64,000 nt of DNA from the human T2T-CHM13v2.0 reference genome, Homo sapiens, in assembly GCF_009914755.1 (NCBI RefSeq), contig NC_060929.1, one strand, 5' to 3'. A program made the position numbers and the translations under genes. Numbering within the stretch: the first letter of the stretch is position 1; every line of letters begins with the position of its first letter. Shown here in pieces: positions 60,900 through 64,000 of the stretch. The notes beneath the pieces were generated by a model. It was not told the origin of the DNA. It made no database searches and was given only the letters and a program-made list of their open reading frames with translations.

Positions 60900-61680
60900 A
60901 GAGAGTGAACCACTTTGGAAAAGGAGTCCCCTTCTAGCCTTCAGTAAGTGATACATGGTCACCTACTCTGAAGGCTTGCTTTGTTGTAACAATTATATGG
61001 CAAGAAGGGGAAAAAAGTGTTGATTCTAAGTGACATTTGTTACCTAGATTAATATTCAGCTATTTCTCTGTTATAGTTACAAACTGATGCTTACAGTTCT
61101 AACAAGCAGATTAATGAAATGTTTCCAAATAAATTAGAACTCCTTTTTACCTCTGTGTGATTTTTCCTTGCTTGGTTCATTTTCTAAGCAGTCTATAGGT
61201 CATTCAGGTCTGTCATTCAGGTCTTCTGATCAGAGGGATCAGAGGGATGTTCCAAAATATTAGGAATATTTTTAGGCATATTCATATTCAAATTAATGAA
61301 ACAGTGTGCTACCAAACTTCTTTCTTTTTAAAAACATAAACACAGTAAACTATTTCATTGGCAGTGTGCTTAAATTACCTCCAAGGAAATAAACGATTTA
61401 AGTCGATGGAAAGTTCAGCTGAAAAGAAAAGCCCCTTTATTACAAAACTGGCACAGCAGGAAACTTACTTACAGCCTGAGTGTTGTTTGTTGATTTTACT
61501 TTGTTCAAATAATCACAACCCAAGGCGGATTCCTTCCATCATTTCCACACCTGAAATGCTTACAGCTCTATTTAGCAGAACTCAGTAAAACACCTATTGT
61601 ATCCCTTCAAAGCTTGAGTCCACCTTTTGGTACACTTCAGTATGCAGGAACCTAAGGTTAAATTTTAAAACAATCCTTGT

Positions 61681-61734
61681 GACCGGTTGTGGTGGCTCAC
61701 ACCTGTAATCCCAGCACTTTGGGAGGCCAAGGTG
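61681..61734 (+). mobile_element. Isolated Alu 5' end fragment (~54 nt)
   Basis: GACCGGTTGTGGTGGCTCACACCTGTAATCCCAGCACTTTGGGAGGCCAAGGTG then unrelated sequence. Confidence 0.88.
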
Positions 61735-62219
61735 TCTAGCCTACACATGCATGTCCCCATTATCCCAATGAAAGTCCTGGCAACTCTAAAGTTACCTCTT
61801 TGTTTTACTCCCATTAAGGAGGTACTCCTCAGGTAGTGCTGGTACATTCCAGGGTAGACTTATCCAAGACTCAATGTCTGAATCGAGCCAGCTACACTTT
61901 TGAGGGGAAGCCTGTAATGGGATTGACATTTTAGTGATTTTTCAGTGACACATAACTTTTTAAACACTACACAACTTATCCCATTTATTTTAAGTATCAA
62001 ACTATTGCTATCCTACATTCTTGAGAAAGTCCGGAAATATATTTCTTTGCCGACACCCCAGAGCCAATTCTCATTAATATTTTAAAGTGTATCTTTTATC
62101 ATGATGCCCACCCCTAGGCACTCAGCTCAAACCTCTCTCTTGCAATATTCTTTTTACCTCTCCACCTGTGAAATTCCTCAGGATCAAAGTTCCTATGGCA
62201 ACTAGGTGTTAGGAAAAGA

Positions 62220-62376
62220 GGGATTTGGAGGTGATAAAAATGTTCTGGAATTAGATATAGCAATAGTTGCACGGTATTTTTAATATAGTAAAGCCATTGA
62301 ACTGTACACTTTAAAACGGTTAACGTGGTGAAATTTATGTTATGTGAACTTTATCTCCATTAGAAAATAAAAAAAC
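62220..62376 (+). mobile_element. L1M 3' terminal fragment
   Basis: GGTGATAAAAATGTTCTGGAATTAGATA..TTGAACTGTACACTTTAAAA..TTTATGTTATGTGAA. Confidence 0.8.
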
Positions 62377-63541
62377 AGTGATTAAAGCAATCCTCACTAA
62401 CACTGACTAACAACCCTGTCAAGTGTAAGTGTATTTTAAAGAAAGTGCGTTGGGCCTAAATAAAATCTTGAGTTGGCAGCATTCCAAGCATTTAGAGAGA
62501 GGTCATGTTAATATTTATTGGAATAAGACTAGGCGTGAATAGTTGTCCACTTGGGTGTAGGTCTGTTGAACAATGTCACCTTTTCCTCTTCTAATTTCTC
62601 CCAGCCTAGCTCTTTCAAAGCTGTTATTCCCCAGACTAGCAACCAATTATTTGACCAAGAGTTCTACAGGTAACCTTCTTTCACCACTGAAAACAGATAT
62701 TTGTTTTACCAGTCTACCTAGGGTTTTCTAAGAAAGTAACTAGTCTGGTCTTGGAATTTCACTGTTTGAGATGCTGGGACTTCGTCAAAAACCACTGCTC
62801 ACCATCATCAGACTTTATGGAGCTCAGGTTGATATGTAGTCAAAAGCACAGTGTTTTTGCACTCTGCTCCCTACTCTCTACTATGTCCAAGGGTGCTATT
62901 GCCTTGACAGAAAATGACAAGAACTTATGAAAACAAAAGGCAGAGATGTCTCCCCCACAGGAATCATTATCCCACCATTTGCAGGAAGGAATTTACTTTT
63001 ACAGCACTACCACTGAACTTTCAGATACAGAAGCTATACCAAGATGGGATATTTTACATTTAGACCAATACACACCAGCAATTAACAGTGGGAAAAAATA
63101 AGAGAGCATAGGAGTGATCAGTTAAAGGTGTACTTTCTAAATATGATAAATTCCTAAGGAGTTTTGATATTTGCCTTACAGAAATAGCTCATATTTAACT
63201 AAAAAGTTAAATGTTAAAAAATCTATAGGTCTCATTCAGAGATTGCCTGTTAGTTATCTCTTCCTTTGTCCACTGAAAGTATTTTCCTGAAATAGAGCCA
63301 CTATATCCCTAAACCAAAATCTTCTTCCTGATTTCAGAACTTCCCGCAAGGATAAGCATCTGTTTCAGGAGTCCCTGCAGAGCTTAGAGATTTATTGCAC
63401 AGAAGATCTCAGGAAATGTTACTTCTTCCAGCTGGAGGCTGTGGCCTAATTCAATATGTACAAATTTAGTGTGATTGTGATTTTCAAAATGTCATTTTAG
63501 AGACCTGTAGGCTTAAATAGCACTGACGTAAAAACTAAGCA

Positions 63542-63740
63542 TTGATCAGGACTTTGTTGGTTGCAAGTGACAGAAACCAAAATGAAACTAGTTGAAGCAG
63601 GAAAGGGATGTATGAGCCGCTCAGGCTGGTAAGGAGGCTGAACCGCGGGCTTTCTAGACTCCTCCGATGGCCCCTCCTTGCCTATTGACCCCACGTGGAC
63701 TACTGCAGGCACAGAAAGGGAAAGGGTCCCTTGGCTGTCC
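63542..63740. mobile_element. Old ERVL/MaLR-type LTR fragment
   Basis: TCAGGACTTTGTTGGTTGCAAGTGACAGAAACCAAAATGAAACTAG. Confidence 0.45.
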
Positions 63741-63837
63741 AGGCTTAACAGTCTATAGTGAACATTTGTTGTTTCTACTCAGAACCACTTCCCCGTTCTT
63801 TCAGTAACAGAGGCATGATTTCTGTTACTGAAAGAAG

Positions 63838-64000
63838 AGGCTGAGGCAGGAGGATCACAAGGTCAGGAGATCCAGACCATCCTAGCTAACACGGTGAAAC
63901 CCTGCCTCTACTAAAAATACAAAAAATTAGCCAGGCGTGGTGGCGGGCGCCTGTAGTCCCAGCTACTCGGGAGGCTGAGGCAGAAGAATGGCGTGAACCC
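63838..64000 (+). mobile_element. AluY, 5'-truncated, runs off the window end
   Basis: GACCATCCTAGCTAACACGGTGAAACCC..GAATGGCGTGAACCC Y-type positions. Confidence 0.92.

Overview
Primate (very likely human) repeat-rich intronic DNA. About 24 Alu copies/fragments, a 5'-inverted L1PA2-type element nested in an Alu tail, a two-LTR THE1 provirus with a 5-bp TSD, a near-full-length Tigger1, and many older L1M/L2/MIR/MLT/MER fragments are present. The only supportable coding feature is one 124-nt + strand internal exon (55272-55395, KLKHEKKVKKLQTDLATANAITVLELNEKIKTLYEGKPAPR), which I recognise from memory as CCDC192. The rest would then be the long introns either side of it. Nearly all listed ORFs are repeat-derived or spurious. 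I find no convincing new gene system. The most unusual signal is a set of local template-switch scars visible directly in the sequence: a two-donor mosaic at 54111-54179, a 52-nt copy inserted into an L1M from 1.1 kb away, a fold-back plus stutter inside Tigger1, two near-perfect hairpins, and a double slip in L1 ORF2. Other oddities are a THE1 with discordant LTRs and an abutting inverted Alu pair. Repeat subfamily names and old-repeat boundaries come from recalled consensus sequences and are approximate.
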